Shown: positions 53,446 to 63,195 of the stretch, piece after piece
How positions within the stretch are numbered: the first letter of the stretch is position 1
How the letters are laid out: the number at the start of each line of letters is the position of its first letter
Notes under the pieces: generated by a model
Database searches by the model: none
Seen by the model: only the letters and a program-made list of their open reading frames with translations
What the model was told of the DNA's origin: nothing
DNA from: Bacteroidota bacterium
Lineage (GTDB): Bacteria; Bacteroidota; Rhodothermia; Rhodothermales; JBCDJV01
Length of the DNA stretch: 64,000 nucleotides
Assembly: GCA_038747425.1 (NCBI GenBank)
Contig: JBCDJV010000003.1
Location: 26,857 to 90,856, forward strand
Direction: 5' to 3'
Made by a program: the position numbers and the translations under genes

Positions 53446-53581
53446 CGTGGTGGGCGTCTTTGATCGTTGGGACGCATACAGGCGGCCCCATGGAGGGGGG
53501 CCGAGCACACAGCCCGTGGGGGTCTATCCACCGCCGCGGGAACGGCAGCAGTGGCTGCGTGCACAAGGTCGGTGTTTCGGC

Positions 53582-56167
53582 TCAATTATACCGTAGCACA
53601 TCGGCGGAGTTGACCCGGACCAGCCGGGTGGTCTGCAGCGAGAGAGAGACCGCCGCCAGCAGAAAGACCAGGACGTTGGTCAGGACGAAGGGCGTGGTGC
53701 TCAACGGGATGTCCACGGGAGCAAAGCTCAGCAGGAAGCGGAGCCCCGCATAGCAGAGCGGCGTAGCGATGAGCGTGGAGATCGCCAGCATGACCAAAAA
53801 GCTGCGGTTGACCAGCAGCGCCACCTGCGTGGCTGAAGCGCCCATCGCTTTGCGGATGCCCACCTCCTTGATCCGCCGAGCCGCTCGCTGAGAAGCCATC
53901 CCGAAGAGGCCCATACAGGAGATCAACAAGGCGAAGAGCCCCAGGTACCGGGTGAACTGCAAGGACAACTCGAGGACCAGGTCATACTCGCCAAAGACCT
54001 CTCGTTGCGGATAGATGTCGAAGGGGATCTCCGGAAAATGCTGATCCCAGATGGACTGGAGGGCGGCGGTCACCTGCGGGATCGCTCCATCTCCGACGCG
54101 CACCATCACAAACCGGTACTGTGCGGGCGGTGTCAAGCCGAACACCACAGGGTGTGCTTTGCCCGCCAGCGGGTGCACCAGGAAATCTTCGACCACCCCC
54201 ATCACGGAGAAGGTATCGTCTCCCAGGCGGATCGGTTGCCCAATGGGATCCGCCCACCCTTCTTGCTGCGCCAGTGTTTCGTTGATGACCACCCCCGTGG
54301 CCGAGTCCGCCGAGTCCTCTGGATCGAACGGCCGGCCAGCGGCCATGCGGAGCCCCAGGACCTCGAAGTACGAGGGGCCGACAGCGTAGTGGAGGACCTG
54401 CTTCTCCGTCCCATCCACCACGATGGAGGCCGTATTTAACGAGGCGCCCACGTGGTGCTGCGCCCCCACGACCTGCACGACCTGGGCGAGCTGCAGCCCG
54501 TCCTGGCGCAGGCGGTTGTATTGATCCACACTGGCCTCAGGGATCACCAGCGTCTGGGCATCGGCATAGCCCCAGTCTGTGCCCGTCAGCGCGTCGTCCA
54601 GGGAGACGAGAAACAGAGACAGACTGATCGTGATGATAGTCAGCACAAACTGGACGGTGGTCAGGGCGCGCGTCAGCCCCTTCTTTTCGGCCAGCTTCAG
54701 GGTCCCGCGCAAGATCTCGGCCGGCTGAAACGACGCGATGTAGAAGGCGGGGTAGGCCCCCGAGACCACCCCGATGAAGGCCAGCAGCCCCACCAAGAAG
54801 AGCCACAGCCCCTGATTGCCTAGCAAATCAAGGTGCAGCTGCATCGATGTCAGGTGGTGCATGTAGGGGATCACGACCGCCCAGGCGATGAACAGCCCAC
54901 CGATCAACGCCACGCCGCACAGCAACAGGTTCTCCGTCAGAAACTGCACCACCAGATGCCGCTGCTCCGCTCCGGTGGTCTTGCGCACCCCGATCTCTTT
55001 GAGCCGCCGCGCCGCCGACCCCAGCGCGATGGTGATGTAGTTGAAGCACGCGATCAGCAGCACCAGCAATCCAATCAGGCCCACTCCCACCGTCTCCCAG
55101 AACGGCGGCGCCATCAAGGCTCGGTCATGGATGTCCCAGGCGCGCCGCAGGTCGGGGCGAGCGATGTTGTCCAGGAAATAGGCCTGCACAGGCTGCGAGA
55201 CATCGGCGGCCTGCTGGGCCGGCAGATACCGGCTGAGCTGATCGGCGACAAACGCTTGATCCTCGGCCCGCTTGAGTTTGAGGAAGGTGCCGTCTGTGAG
55301 AGCCGCCCAATCCTCGGCGTGCGTGCCAGCCGCTCCCAGCAGCGTCTCATAGCCCACCAGCACATCGAAGGTCAGGCTGCTGCGTGGGGGGAAAGGCTGA
55401 GCCACCCCGCGAATGATGAACGACTGGATGGCCCCGGTGCCGAAGGTCACCGTGAGCACCTCACCCAGGGGGTCGCGGTCACTGAAGTATTTCGAGGCCA
55501 TCCTCGAGCTGAGGATCACCGCGCCGGGGTCGGCCAGGGCCGCGGCGTCCCCGTCGGCCAGCGGAAACGTGAGCACGTCGAAGAAGCCAGGGTCGGCAAA
55601 GGAGACGGTCTCCCGAAACGCATGGCCTTCGGTCTGGACGAGGGCCTGCTCCTCGGCGTACCGCACGGCCTGCTCAACCTGGGGCCAGTCCGCAGACAAG
55701 GCGGGCCCCAGCGGTACGGGCGAGGTGCCCCATAACTGCTCTCCTCCCTCGTGCTCAATGGCATGGCCCACCAAGAACACGCGGTCGCCCTGTTCATGGA
55801 AGTCGTCGAACGTGTTGATCTCCTGCGTGAACAGAAAGATCACAACCGCAATACCCACCGCGGCCGACAAGCCGGCGATGTTGATGACAGACGCGACTTT
55901 GTTCGTGCGCAGCGTGCGGATGCCCAGCACGACGTAGTTCTTGAGCATGAGAGCGCCCCAATAGGCTTTCTCGTAGAGCCGGTCAGGCAGGAGCCGCAGC
56001 ACCTGGCCGCGATACCACCAGCGCGCGTGGCGTTCGCCGTGGGTGGCCGCTAGCTGGTTGTAATACTCTTCGTAGTCTCCGGCCCCCGTCTCCCAGACGT
56101 CGGTGAGTAACCAATTCAGGAGGACTGAGGCCCACCGGGGCGGGGTGTAGTGCTGTTGTTTGCTCAT
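53582..56167 (-). CDS. Duplicated FtsX/MacB-type ABC transporter permease (ADOP-like)
   Basis: ATG 56167. Two 4-TM FtsX modules, each preceded by a MacB-like periplasmic domain. Starts 5 nt downstream of the padR stop. Confidence 0.85.
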   Translation of the reverse strand: MSKQQHYTPPRWASVLLNWLLTDVWETGAGDYEEYYNQLAATHGERHARWWYRGQVLRLLPDRLYEKAYWGALMLKNYVVLGIRTLRTNKVASVINIAGLSAAVGIAVVIFLFTQEINTFDDFHEQGDRVFLVGHAIEHEGGEQLWGTSPVPLGPALSADWPQVEQAVRYAEEQALVQTEGHAFRETVSFADPGFFDVLTFPLADGDAAALADPGAVILSSRMASKYFSDRDPLGEVLTVTFGTGAIQSFIIRGVAQPFPPRSSLTFDVLVGYETLLGAAGTHAEDWAALTDGTFLKLKRAEDQAFVADQLSRYLPAQQAADVSQPVQAYFLDNIARPDLRRAWDIHDRALMAPPFWETVGVGLIGLLVLLIACFNYITIALGSAARRLKEIGVRKTTGAEQRHLVVQFLTENLLLCGVALIGGLFIAWAVVIPYMHHLTSMQLHLDLLGNQGLWLFLVGLLAFIGVVSGAYPAFYIASFQPAEILRGTLKLAEKKGLTRALTTVQFVLTIITISLSLFLVSLDDALTGTDWGYADAQTLVIPEASVDQYNRLRQDGLQLAQVVQVVGAQHHVGASLNTASIVVDGTEKQVLHYAVGPSYFEVLGLRMAAGRPFDPEDSADSATGVVINETLAQQEGWADPIGQPIRLGDDTFSVMGVVEDFLVHPLAGKAHPVVFGLTPPAQYRFVMVRVGDGAIPQVTAALQSIWDQHFPEIPFDIYPQREVFGEYDLVLELSLQFTRYLGLFALLISCMGLFGMASQRAARRIKEVGIRKAMGASATQVALLVNRSFLVMLAISTLIATPLCYAGLRFLLSFAPVDIPLSTTPFVLTNVLVFLLAAVSLSLQTTRLVRVNSADVLRYN

Positions 56168-56172
56168 GTGCG

Positions 56173-56502
56173 TTACCCTTCCAAAGCCAAGCCGGTGATG
56201 CCCGACCACATGGCCTGTTCAACGGTGCGGATGTGAAGCAGCGCATGCCGTCCTTTGGCCGTGAGCGTGTAGATGCGCCGGGGACGCCCCCCCCGCTCAG
56301 GCAAGGACGCCGTCAGCCGGGAGGTCACCAGCCCCTTCCTCGTGAGCCGATCCAGCGGGGTGTACACCGAGCTCAGCGACCAGGTGTACCCAACCAGGGC
56401 CGACACCTGCTCGCGGATCGGCAGGCTGTAGGCGTTATCTTGCAACCGCCAGATGGCCAACATGACGAACTCTTCCGGACGCGTGAGCAGCTTCATGGAC
56501 AC
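56173..56502 (-). CDS. PadR-family transcriptional regulator
   Basis: 109 aa. EFVMLAIWRLQDNAYSLPIREQV...SSVYTPLDRLTRKGLVTS...RRIYTLTAKG is a winged-helix PadR signature. Confidence 0.88.
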   Translation of the reverse strand: MSMKLLTRPEEFVMLAIWRLQDNAYSLPIREQVSALVGYTWSLSSVYTPLDRLTRKGLVTSRLTASLPERGGRPRRIYTLTAKGRHALLHIRTVEQAMWSGITGLALEG

Positions 56503-56521
56503 TGTCTTTTTCTATCCAAAG

Positions 56522-56558
56522 TGAAACAATGCGTACGGCGTAAAAATCGAATGTTTCA
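56522..56558. promoter_or_regulatory. 7-bp perfect inverted repeat TGAAACA-N23-TGTTTCA upstream of padR (candidate operator)
   Basis: Read directly. Located 20 to 56 nt upstream of the padR ATG, in an AT-enriched divergent region. Confidence 0.25.
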
Positions 56559-56684
56559 GTCGCCACACTTTTTTGTGTCGCTGCGCTGTGTCTCGGCCAC
56601 CTGATCCATTGATGGCGCCACGCAACGAAGCGGGGGGCTCCGACGTTAAGGCAGGGCTCATCCTCTCTCGCCTTTGCCTCGCAC

Positions 56685-58388
56685 ATGCGCGTCGCCCTCG
56701 TCGCCCTGCTGCTTTTTGGTCTTGTCCCGCTGCCGGGCGCGGCCCAGGTCGTCTCCAGCGAGGCGGCGGAGGTCCGCGCCCAGCAACTCTTGGTCCGCGG
56801 CCTAACCCGCGCCTACCTCGACGATCACGAGGAGGCCCTCATCCTCTTCACCGAGGCGCTTCGCTACGAGCCACAGCAGGCCAGCCTGCTCTCGGCGGCC
56901 GCCCGGTCCTACGAGGCTGTGGGCGACGCCACCAACGCCCGCTTCTATGCCGCCCAGGCGGTGGAGCAAGCACCCGATGCACGGTTCTATCAAGAGGAAC
57001 TGGCCCAGCTCCACCTGCGCCTGGGCGAGACCGACGAAGCCGTGGCCACCTACCGGCAGCTCGTGGACCGCTTCCCAGACGCCCTCGATGTGCGCTTCGA
57101 ACTCGCGCGCTTGCAGATCTTGAGCGGGGCCTACGAGGAGGCCGTGACCACCTACGAAGACCTGCTCACCCGCACGGCGGAGGTGGAGGCCGTCTACGTT
57201 CAGCTCCTCCAGCTCTACGCCCGCTTGGGCGACGATGGGCGGACCGAAGCGGCGCTACGTGGCTTGATCGAAGCGGCGCCCGACGCCGCCGAGTATCACC
57301 GGATGCTGGGTGACCTCCTGCGCCAGCGCAGCGCCTACGAAGAGGCCGCCTCAACCCTTGAAGAAGCCCTGCGGCTGGCCCCAGCCGACGTGGCCACGGC
57401 TCTGGTCCTGGGCGATGTCTACGAAGCCCTGGGCGACTCGACCCGGGCCGCAGCGCTCCTTGATCAGACCCTGGACACCGAAGGCGCCAGCGCCGACGCC
57501 TTGGTGGCCCGAGCCACGCCCCTGTACGCTCGTTCCGAGATCGATCCAGCTGCGGCTGATGTGGCGGCCCGGCTGCTTGAGCAAGCGCTGAACCAAGACC
57601 CCGCCCAAACCGAGGCCTTGCTCATGCTGGGCGACCTTCGCTACCGCGCCGAGCAGTACGAAGAGGCGGCCCCCCTCCTCTATCAGGCTGTCCAGGCCAA
57701 CCCGCGCGACCTTCAGATCTGGACCCAGGCGGCCGCCGCCTATCTCCAGAGTGGCGCGCCGCTTCGTGCCGCCGACGTAGCCGATGAGGCCTTGCTGCTC
57801 TTCCCCGGCCAATTCTCGCTCTTGCGGCTCGCCGCCTACGGGCTGATGGACGGCTACCGCTCCGACGCGGCGCTTCGGCGCTTCGAGGAAGCCCTGGCTG
57901 TGCTCCGCGAAGAAGCCCCAGGGCAAACCACAGAGGCCTCTGACCTGGTGGCCTCGATGGCGATGCTCCACAGCCGGAAACAGAACACGACAGCCTCAGA
58001 TAGCCTGTACGCCGAGGCCTTGGCGCTCGACCCCGAAAACGTGCTGGCCCTCAACAATTTCGCCTACAGCTTGGCCGGCCGCGGCGAACGGCTGGACGAG
58101 GCGCTGGACATGGCCCAGCGGGCCGTCGACCTGAACCCAGGCACCGCCTCGTTCTACGACACGCTGGGCTGGGTCCATTACCAGCGTGGCACGCTGGAGG
58201 AGGCCGAGCAATGGATTCGGGAGGCCCTGGACGCCGGTGGTGCCAGCGCGCTCGTCTACGAGCATATGGGGGACGTCCTCCATCGTCAAGGCCGGACGGA
58301 CGAGGCCCGCCCCTACTGGCAACAGGCTCTGGACCTCAACCCAGACAACGCCGCCCTCCGCGCCAAAATCGAACAACCCCCCGAGTAG
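56685..58388 (+). CDS. Secreted tetratricopeptide-repeat (TPR) protein
   Basis: 567 aa. Signal peptide (MRVALVALLLFGLVPLPGAAQ) and many 34-aa A/L/Y-patterned repeats. Confidence 0.85.
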   Translation: MRVALVALLLFGLVPLPGAAQVVSSEAAEVRAQQLLVRGLTRAYLDDHEEALILFTEALRYEPQQASLLSAAARSYEAVGDATNARFYAAQAVEQAPDARFYQEELAQLHLRLGETDEAVATYRQLVDRFPDALDVRFELARLQILSGAYEEAVTTYEDLLTRTAEVEAVYVQLLQLYARLGDDGRTEAALRGLIEAAPDAAEYHRMLGDLLRQRSAYEEAASTLEEALRLAPADVATALVLGDVYEALGDSTRAAALLDQTLDTEGASADALVARATPLYARSEIDPAAADVAARLLEQALNQDPAQTEALLMLGDLRYRAEQYEEAAPLLYQAVQANPRDLQIWTQAAAAYLQSGAPLRAADVADEALLLFPGQFSLLRLAAYGLMDGYRSDAALRRFEEALAVLREEAPGQTTEASDLVASMAMLHSRKQNTTASDSLYAEALALDPENVLALNNFAYSLAGRGERLDEALDMAQRAVDLNPGTASFYDTLGWVHYQRGTLEEAEQWIREALDAGGASALVYEHMGDVLHRQGRTDEARPYWQQALDLNPDNAALRAKIEQPPE

Positions 58389-58391
58389 CGC

Positions 58392-59231
58392 ATGAGCCCT
58401 TCTTTGCCCTCTTCACCTCTGGCTCGGCCCGCTTCGTGGGCCCGCGCTGGGGCCGGGCTTCTGCTGGTGGCCCTGGTGGTCGTAGCTGCTGGCTGTGGCG
58501 GCACGCGCCGGGTGGCCCCGCCCACCGCGCTGCCCGAAGCGTTCCCCAACCACACGATCGACCAGATCCACGCCCAGATCGCCCAGGCGGCGGACACACT
58601 CACCGGGTTCTCGGCGCGCGCCAGGCTGTCGATCAACAGCCCTGCTCAAAAAGGCAGCTTCTCCAGCTCGATCCAACACCGCCGAGCCGACTCGCTCTAC
58701 ATGTCGCTGAGCCCTGGCCTCGGCATCGAAGCCGCGCGGGCCCTCATCACCCCAGACAGCTTCTTCGTCTACGACCGCATCAACAGCCGGGTCATCTACG
58801 GAGACTTTGCCTTGGTCACCGCCTTCTTCCCCATCTCCGGCGAGGACCTGTTTCAAAATATGCTCGGGCTGGTGCAGCCCCCCCGCGATCCCACCTGGGC
58901 CCTGACCAACGACAGCACCTACTATTACCTCCGCGCCCCAGACGGCACCGAGCGGTACACCATCGACCCGGCCCTGTGGCGCGTGGTCCGCTACGAGCAG
59001 CGTCGTCCAGATGGCACACTCCTTGAAGATCGAGCCTACCTAGAGTTCGACCAGTTCGAGGGCCTCTTCTTGCCGCGCCGCCTGGTGCTGCGCCGCCCAG
59101 AAGACGCCTCAACGGCCTCCATCTATTACCGTGATGTCAACCTCAACCCTCGGTCCTACCGGTTTGCCCTCGACGTGCGCAGCAGCGCCACGTGGATCCC
59201 AGCCGAGACCCTCCAGGAGTCTGGGGACTGA
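58392..59231 (+). CDS. DUF4292-like (LolB-fold) lipoprotein
   Basis: Lipobox VVVAAGCGG. Position between the TPR protein and the M23 peptidase matches the conserved Bacteroidota triad. Confidence 0.6.
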   Translation: MSPSLPSSPLARPASWARAGAGLLLVALVVVAAGCGGTRRVAPPTALPEAFPNHTIDQIHAQIAQAADTLTGFSARARLSINSPAQKGSFSSSIQHRRADSLYMSLSPGLGIEAARALITPDSFFVYDRINSRVIYGDFALVTAFFPISGEDLFQNMLGLVQPPRDPTWALTNDSTYYYLRAPDGTERYTIDPALWRVVRYEQRRPDGTLLEDRAYLEFDQFEGLFLPRRLVLRRPEDASTASIYYRDVNLNPRSYRFALDVRSSATWIPAETLQESGD

Positions 59232-59253
59232 GGCGCTCGGCCCGCTTCGCCTG

Positions 59254-60468
59254 ATGACTCGGCTCCTCGCTCTCCTGCTGTTCAGCTTGCTCCTCAGTCC
59301 TTCGGCCTGGGCCCAAAACCAGTCGTCGGCCGAACTGGAAGCGCAGCGGGTGGCCACCGAGCGGCGGCTGAACGATCTGCAGCGGCAGGTCCGTCAGGAA
59401 GAATCGGCGCTGTCCGCCGCCCGCGATGAGGAGCAAGCCTCGATGGCGCGCCTGGAGAGCGTCGAGCGAGAGATCGCGATTCGGCAGGAGCTAGCGTCCA
59501 ACTACCAGCGGCGGCTGAGCCAGCTCAACGCGGAGGCAGACGAAATCCGGTTGTCGCTCGAAGATCTGGAGGAAGACATTGCCCGCCTGAAGCGGCAATA
59601 TCAGGGGCGGGCCGTCCACGCCTACAAGTATGGGCGGCTGCACGATGTGGCCCTCATCTTCGCGGCCCGGTCCATCAACCAGATGCTGGTCCGAGCCCGA
59701 TACCTGCGTCAGTTTGCCGACGAGCGACGCGGCAAGCTGTCGGAGATCGAGGAAGCGGGCGCCGCGCTGGCCGAGCGCCGCGAAGCCCTGGAGACCACCC
59801 GCGGGCGCACGGAGGAACTGCTGGTGGCCGCCGAGGACGAACGGCAGACCCTCCAGAACCTGCGCCGTGAACGTTCGCGTGTGATTCGCTCGCTACGCCA
59901 GGAACGCGTGGCCATCGAAGCCTCCATCGAGCAGGCGCGTGAGGACATCTCGGCCTTGCAAGAGCGCCTCAACGCCCTGGCGGAGGCCGCCGCCCGGGCC
60001 CAGCGGGCTCGCGTGGCCGAGGACCCCAACGCCGCCGCCGCCTACACTGCCCTGACTGGCTCCTTCCAGGAGAACGAGGGGCGCCTCCCGTGGCCTAGCT
60101 CGGGCGTGGTGACCGTGCCCTTTGGCAACTACGTCAACCCCGTCCTGGGCACCCAGACCCCCCACCCCGGCATCATGATCGCCACGCAGCCCGGTGCCGC
60201 CGTGCGATCCGTGTTCGACGGCGAGGTGATCGAGATCGACGTCATGCCGGACTACGGCCGCTACGTCATCATCGCTCACGGTGCATACCTGACGGTCTTC
60301 GGCAACTTCTCGCTCCTCTACCTCGGCGTGGGGGACCAGGTGCAGGCGGGCCAGATCATCGGCCGCGCCGGGACCGACGCTGAGCCGCGCGGCAGTGGCT
60401 TGTTCTTCGGCCTGTTCCAGGCGGCTTCGGGGGCCATCGACCCTATCCCGTGGCTCCAACCGCAGTAG
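59254..60468 (+). CDS. Coiled-coil M23 peptidase / EnvC-like murein hydrolase activator
   Basis: ATG 59254 (MTRLLALLLFSLLLSPSAWAQ). Long coiled coil, then the M23 core (HPGIMIATQPGAAVRSVFDGEVIEID...YVIIAHGAYLTVFGN). Confidence 0.85.
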   Translation: MTRLLALLLFSLLLSPSAWAQNQSSAELEAQRVATERRLNDLQRQVRQEESALSAARDEEQASMARLESVEREIAIRQELASNYQRRLSQLNAEADEIRLSLEDLEEDIARLKRQYQGRAVHAYKYGRLHDVALIFAARSINQMLVRARYLRQFADERRGKLSEIEEAGAALAERREALETTRGRTEELLVAAEDERQTLQNLRRERSRVIRSLRQERVAIEASIEQAREDISALQERLNALAEAAARAQRARVAEDPNAAAAYTALTGSFQENEGRLPWPSSGVVTVPFGNYVNPVLGTQTPHPGIMIATQPGAAVRSVFDGEVIEIDVMPDYGRYVIIAHGAYLTVFGNFSLLYLGVGDQVQAGQIIGRAGTDAEPRGSGLFFGLFQAASGAIDPIPWLQPQ

Positions 60469-60790
60469 CTTCCTGCCCGTGAGCCCGGCGGTTCCTTGAG
60501 GTCTCGTGGACCGTGTGGCGCACGCGGCTCGGGCCAATGGCCTGGCGTGACACGCCCCAACGCCCCGACGGTGTCCTCCCAAGCGCCGTCGGCGGATCTG
60601 CTGGCGCCCCCCGTAGCTCCGGTACGACGAGTCCTCGATACGCCACCGCCGAGGCGGGACGCCTTCCCCCCTTCGCACTGCTGCCATATTTCACATAACC
60701 TTAGGCCGCGCGGAGCTTCGGGGGTGCAAACCGGGACGTATACTTATCCTCTACCGTCCCCTCCTGTGCTCCTGAATCAAACCCTCAGCT

Positions 60791-62215
60791 ATGGCGAAGA
60801 ACGCGAAATACGACCTCGTGGTGATTGGCAGCGGCCCCGGTGGCTACGAGACGGCCATCCGCGCCACCCAGCTCGGCTTCAAGACGGCCATCATCGAAAA
60901 AAACAAGCTCGGCGGCGTCTGCCTGAACATTGGGTGCATCCCTACCAAGGCCCTCCTCAAAAGCGCAGAGCTCGTGGCCTACAGCAGCCACCTGGCCGAC
61001 TATGGCCTGGAGTTGGAAGGAGCCATCAAGCCCAACTTCGGCAAGGTCATCGACCGTAGCCGCAAGGTGGCCAGCAAGATGAACAAGGGCGTCAATTTCT
61101 TGATGAACAAGAACAAGATCGACGTTCTCTACGGCCACGCGCGCCTCGAAGAGCGCGGCTTGATCGACATCCAGCCCTCCACCAACATGGACGGCCAGGA
61201 GCAGGGCGAAGCCATGAAGGTGGCCGCCGACCACATCATCGTGGCCACCGGCGCCCGCGCCCGCGAGATCCCTCCCCTCCCGCTCGATGGTATCAAGATC
61301 GTCTCCTACAAGGAGGCCATGCTCCAGAAGACCCAGCCGAAGCGCCTGGTGATCTGCGGCGGCGGCGCCATCGGTGTCGAGTTCGCCTACTTCTACCACA
61401 ACATGGGCACCGAGGTCACCCTCATCGAGCTCCAGGACCGGATCGTGCCCGTCGAGGACCCGGACGTGTCCAAGGAGCTGGCCCGCTCGTACAAAAAGTT
61501 GGGCGTCAAGGTGATGACGGGCGCGCAGGTACAGAGCGTGGACACCAAGGGCAAGACGCTCAAGGTGCAGGTCAAGACCAAGAAGGGCGAGGAGACGATC
61601 GAGTGCGATCAGGTCCTCTCGGCCGTCGGCGTGGTGGGCAACATCGAGAACATCGGCCTGGAGAAGCTGGGCATCAAGACGGGCCCGGGCCACATCGAGG
61701 TCGATGAGTTCTACCGCACCAACGTGCCGGGCATCTATGCTATCGGCGATGTGACGGGGGCACCCTGGCTGGCGCACAAAGCCAGCCATGAGGGCATCCT
61801 GTGTGTCGAGAAGATCGCCGGGCACGATGTGCGGCCGATCAACAAGCGCCGCATCCCGGGCTGCACCTACTGCCAGCCGCAGATCGCCTCGGTGGGCTAC
61901 ACAGAAGCCGCCGCCAAAGAGGCGGGCCACGAGATCAAGGTCGGTAAGTTTCCCTTCTCGGCCTCGGGCAAAGCCTCGGCGGCCGGGCACGCGGAGGGCT
62001 TCACGAAGATCATTTACGACGCCAAATATGGCGAGCTGCTGGGCTGCCACATCATCGGGCACGACGCCACCGAGCTCATCGCCGAGGTGGTCACGGCCAT
62101 GGAATTGGAGACCACCCACCACGAGATGATCGAGGCCATCCACCCGCACCCGACGCTCTCGGAAGCGGTCATGGAGGCCACCCGCGCCGCCATCGGCGAA
62201 CCGATCAACATCTAA
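60791..62215 (+). CDS. lpd: Dihydrolipoyl dehydrogenase (E3)
   Basis: 474 aa. FAD motif VVIGSGPGGY, redox-active disulfide GGVCLNIGCIPTK, and C-terminal HPHPTLSE. Confidence 0.95.
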   Translation: MAKNAKYDLVVIGSGPGGYETAIRATQLGFKTAIIEKNKLGGVCLNIGCIPTKALLKSAELVAYSSHLADYGLELEGAIKPNFGKVIDRSRKVASKMNKGVNFLMNKNKIDVLYGHARLEERGLIDIQPSTNMDGQEQGEAMKVAADHIIVATGARAREIPPLPLDGIKIVSYKEAMLQKTQPKRLVICGGGAIGVEFAYFYHNMGTEVTLIELQDRIVPVEDPDVSKELARSYKKLGVKVMTGAQVQSVDTKGKTLKVQVKTKKGEETIECDQVLSAVGVVGNIENIGLEKLGIKTGPGHIEVDEFYRTNVPGIYAIGDVTGAPWLAHKASHEGILCVEKIAGHDVRPINKRRIPGCTYCQPQIASVGYTEAAAKEAGHEIKVGKFPFSASGKASAAGHAEGFTKIIYDAKYGELLGCHIIGHDATELIAEVVTAMELETTHHEMIEAIHPHPTLSEAVMEATRAAIGEPINI

Positions 62216-62220
62216 GAAAC

Positions 62221-62250
62221 GAGGGAGGCGCTTTCGAAGGCGCCTCCCTC
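62221..62250. terminator. 11-bp GC-rich hairpin between convergent genes (bidirectional terminator candidate)
   Basis: GAGGGAGGCGC-TTTCGAAG-GCGCCTCCCTC, starting 6 nt after the lpd stop. Confidence 0.65.
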
Positions 62251-62274
62251 GCGTTTCCACGAGCACAGGTCGCC

Positions 62275-63147
62275 TCAGCTCGTGCGCGGCTCTACGGCAT
62301 CGCCCAGGCTAGCCGCCGTGAAGCCGAAGGGCACCCGGTCATGCCGGACGTACAGGTAGAGGGCAGAGCGGAAGATGGACTGCAGCGCCGTCACCACCAC
62401 GGTGGCCGCGATGTATGCGGCCCCAGCCAGGAGGCTCACCCCGTAAGCCAGGGCCGACTGCGGCGCCGAGACCCATACCACGGCGACCACGGCCACGAAT
62501 GGAAGCGCGACTAGCGCGGTGAGCAGGCCAAAGCCGACGTTGAGGGTGACCTGCTCGCCCCAGGTCTGCCGGATGAGCGTGGTCGAGCGCTTGAGCGCCT
62601 CGCGGGCCGTGCAGTCCTCGACCACGATGACCGGCACCACGAGGAAGCTCGCGAGGGCCCAGGCGAGGCCGGCCAGCCCCACCAGTAGGGACCCGAGCCA
62701 GGATGCGCGCTCCTGCACAGCCTGGAGCACCACGCCTACGGTGGCAGAGATAAACGCCCAGCCCAGGATCGCCCCGATCCGCCGGTTGGCAATCCGCAAA
62801 CCGTCCTCCACGGTGGCCGGCCGTCCAATCATGTGAAGCGTGGCGCACGCCATGAGGGCCGCGTTGAAATAGGTGGTGATAAAGTAGGTGCCGAGGTAAA
62901 AGAGGAACAGCAGACCGTAGAGCCAGAGCGTGGTCTCCCCAGCACTCGGCTCCGTGTAGGATACCGCCAACGTCCACAGGTTGAAGTGGTAGATAGGCAG
63001 GATAAACGACGCCGCGATGAGCAGGCAGCAAAACCCCGAAAGAAGGGGAAACGCCAGCACTTCGCGATCCTCGCGAAGCACGGTCCAGGAGGCCCGTGTC
63101 AGCTGCCAGGTTCGCTGTAACGTCGCCAGGAAAGGCATGGGAGGCAC
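62275..63147 (-). CDS. Polytopic membrane protein, DUF6159-like
   Basis: 290 aa. TLQRTWQLTRASWTVLREDREVLAFPLLSGF... plus about 6 hydrophobic helices. Start is GTG 63147 or ATG 63138. Confidence 0.6.
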   Translation of the reverse strand: MPPMPFLATLQRTWQLTRASWTVLREDREVLAFPLLSGFCCLLIAASFILPIYHFNLWTLAVSYTEPSAGETTLWLYGLLFLFYLGTYFITTYFNAALMACATLHMIGRPATVEDGLRIANRRIGAILGWAFISATVGVVLQAVQERASWLGSLLVGLAGLAWALASFLVVPVIVVEDCTAREALKRSTTLIRQTWGEQVTLNVGFGLLTALVALPFVAVVAVVWVSAPQSALAYGVSLLAGAAYIAATVVVTALQSIFRSALYLYVRHDRVPFGFTAASLGDAVEPRTS

Positions 63148-63195
63148 CAGAGGAGTGGATAGGGCACTGGTAGGGCCTTCAAATCCAATGCCGTC

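Noticed and set aside
51896-53566. 556-aa minus-strand ORF in an alternative frame over the S51 gene
   Set aside because: It is on the same strand but in the wrong frame. Its Arg/Gly/Pro content is extreme, whereas the chosen frame has the S51 nucleophile motif and a T9SS tail.
60785-62266. 493-aa minus-strand ORF
   Set aside because: It is antisense to lpd, which has FAD and disulfide motifs. It is an artefact of high GC.
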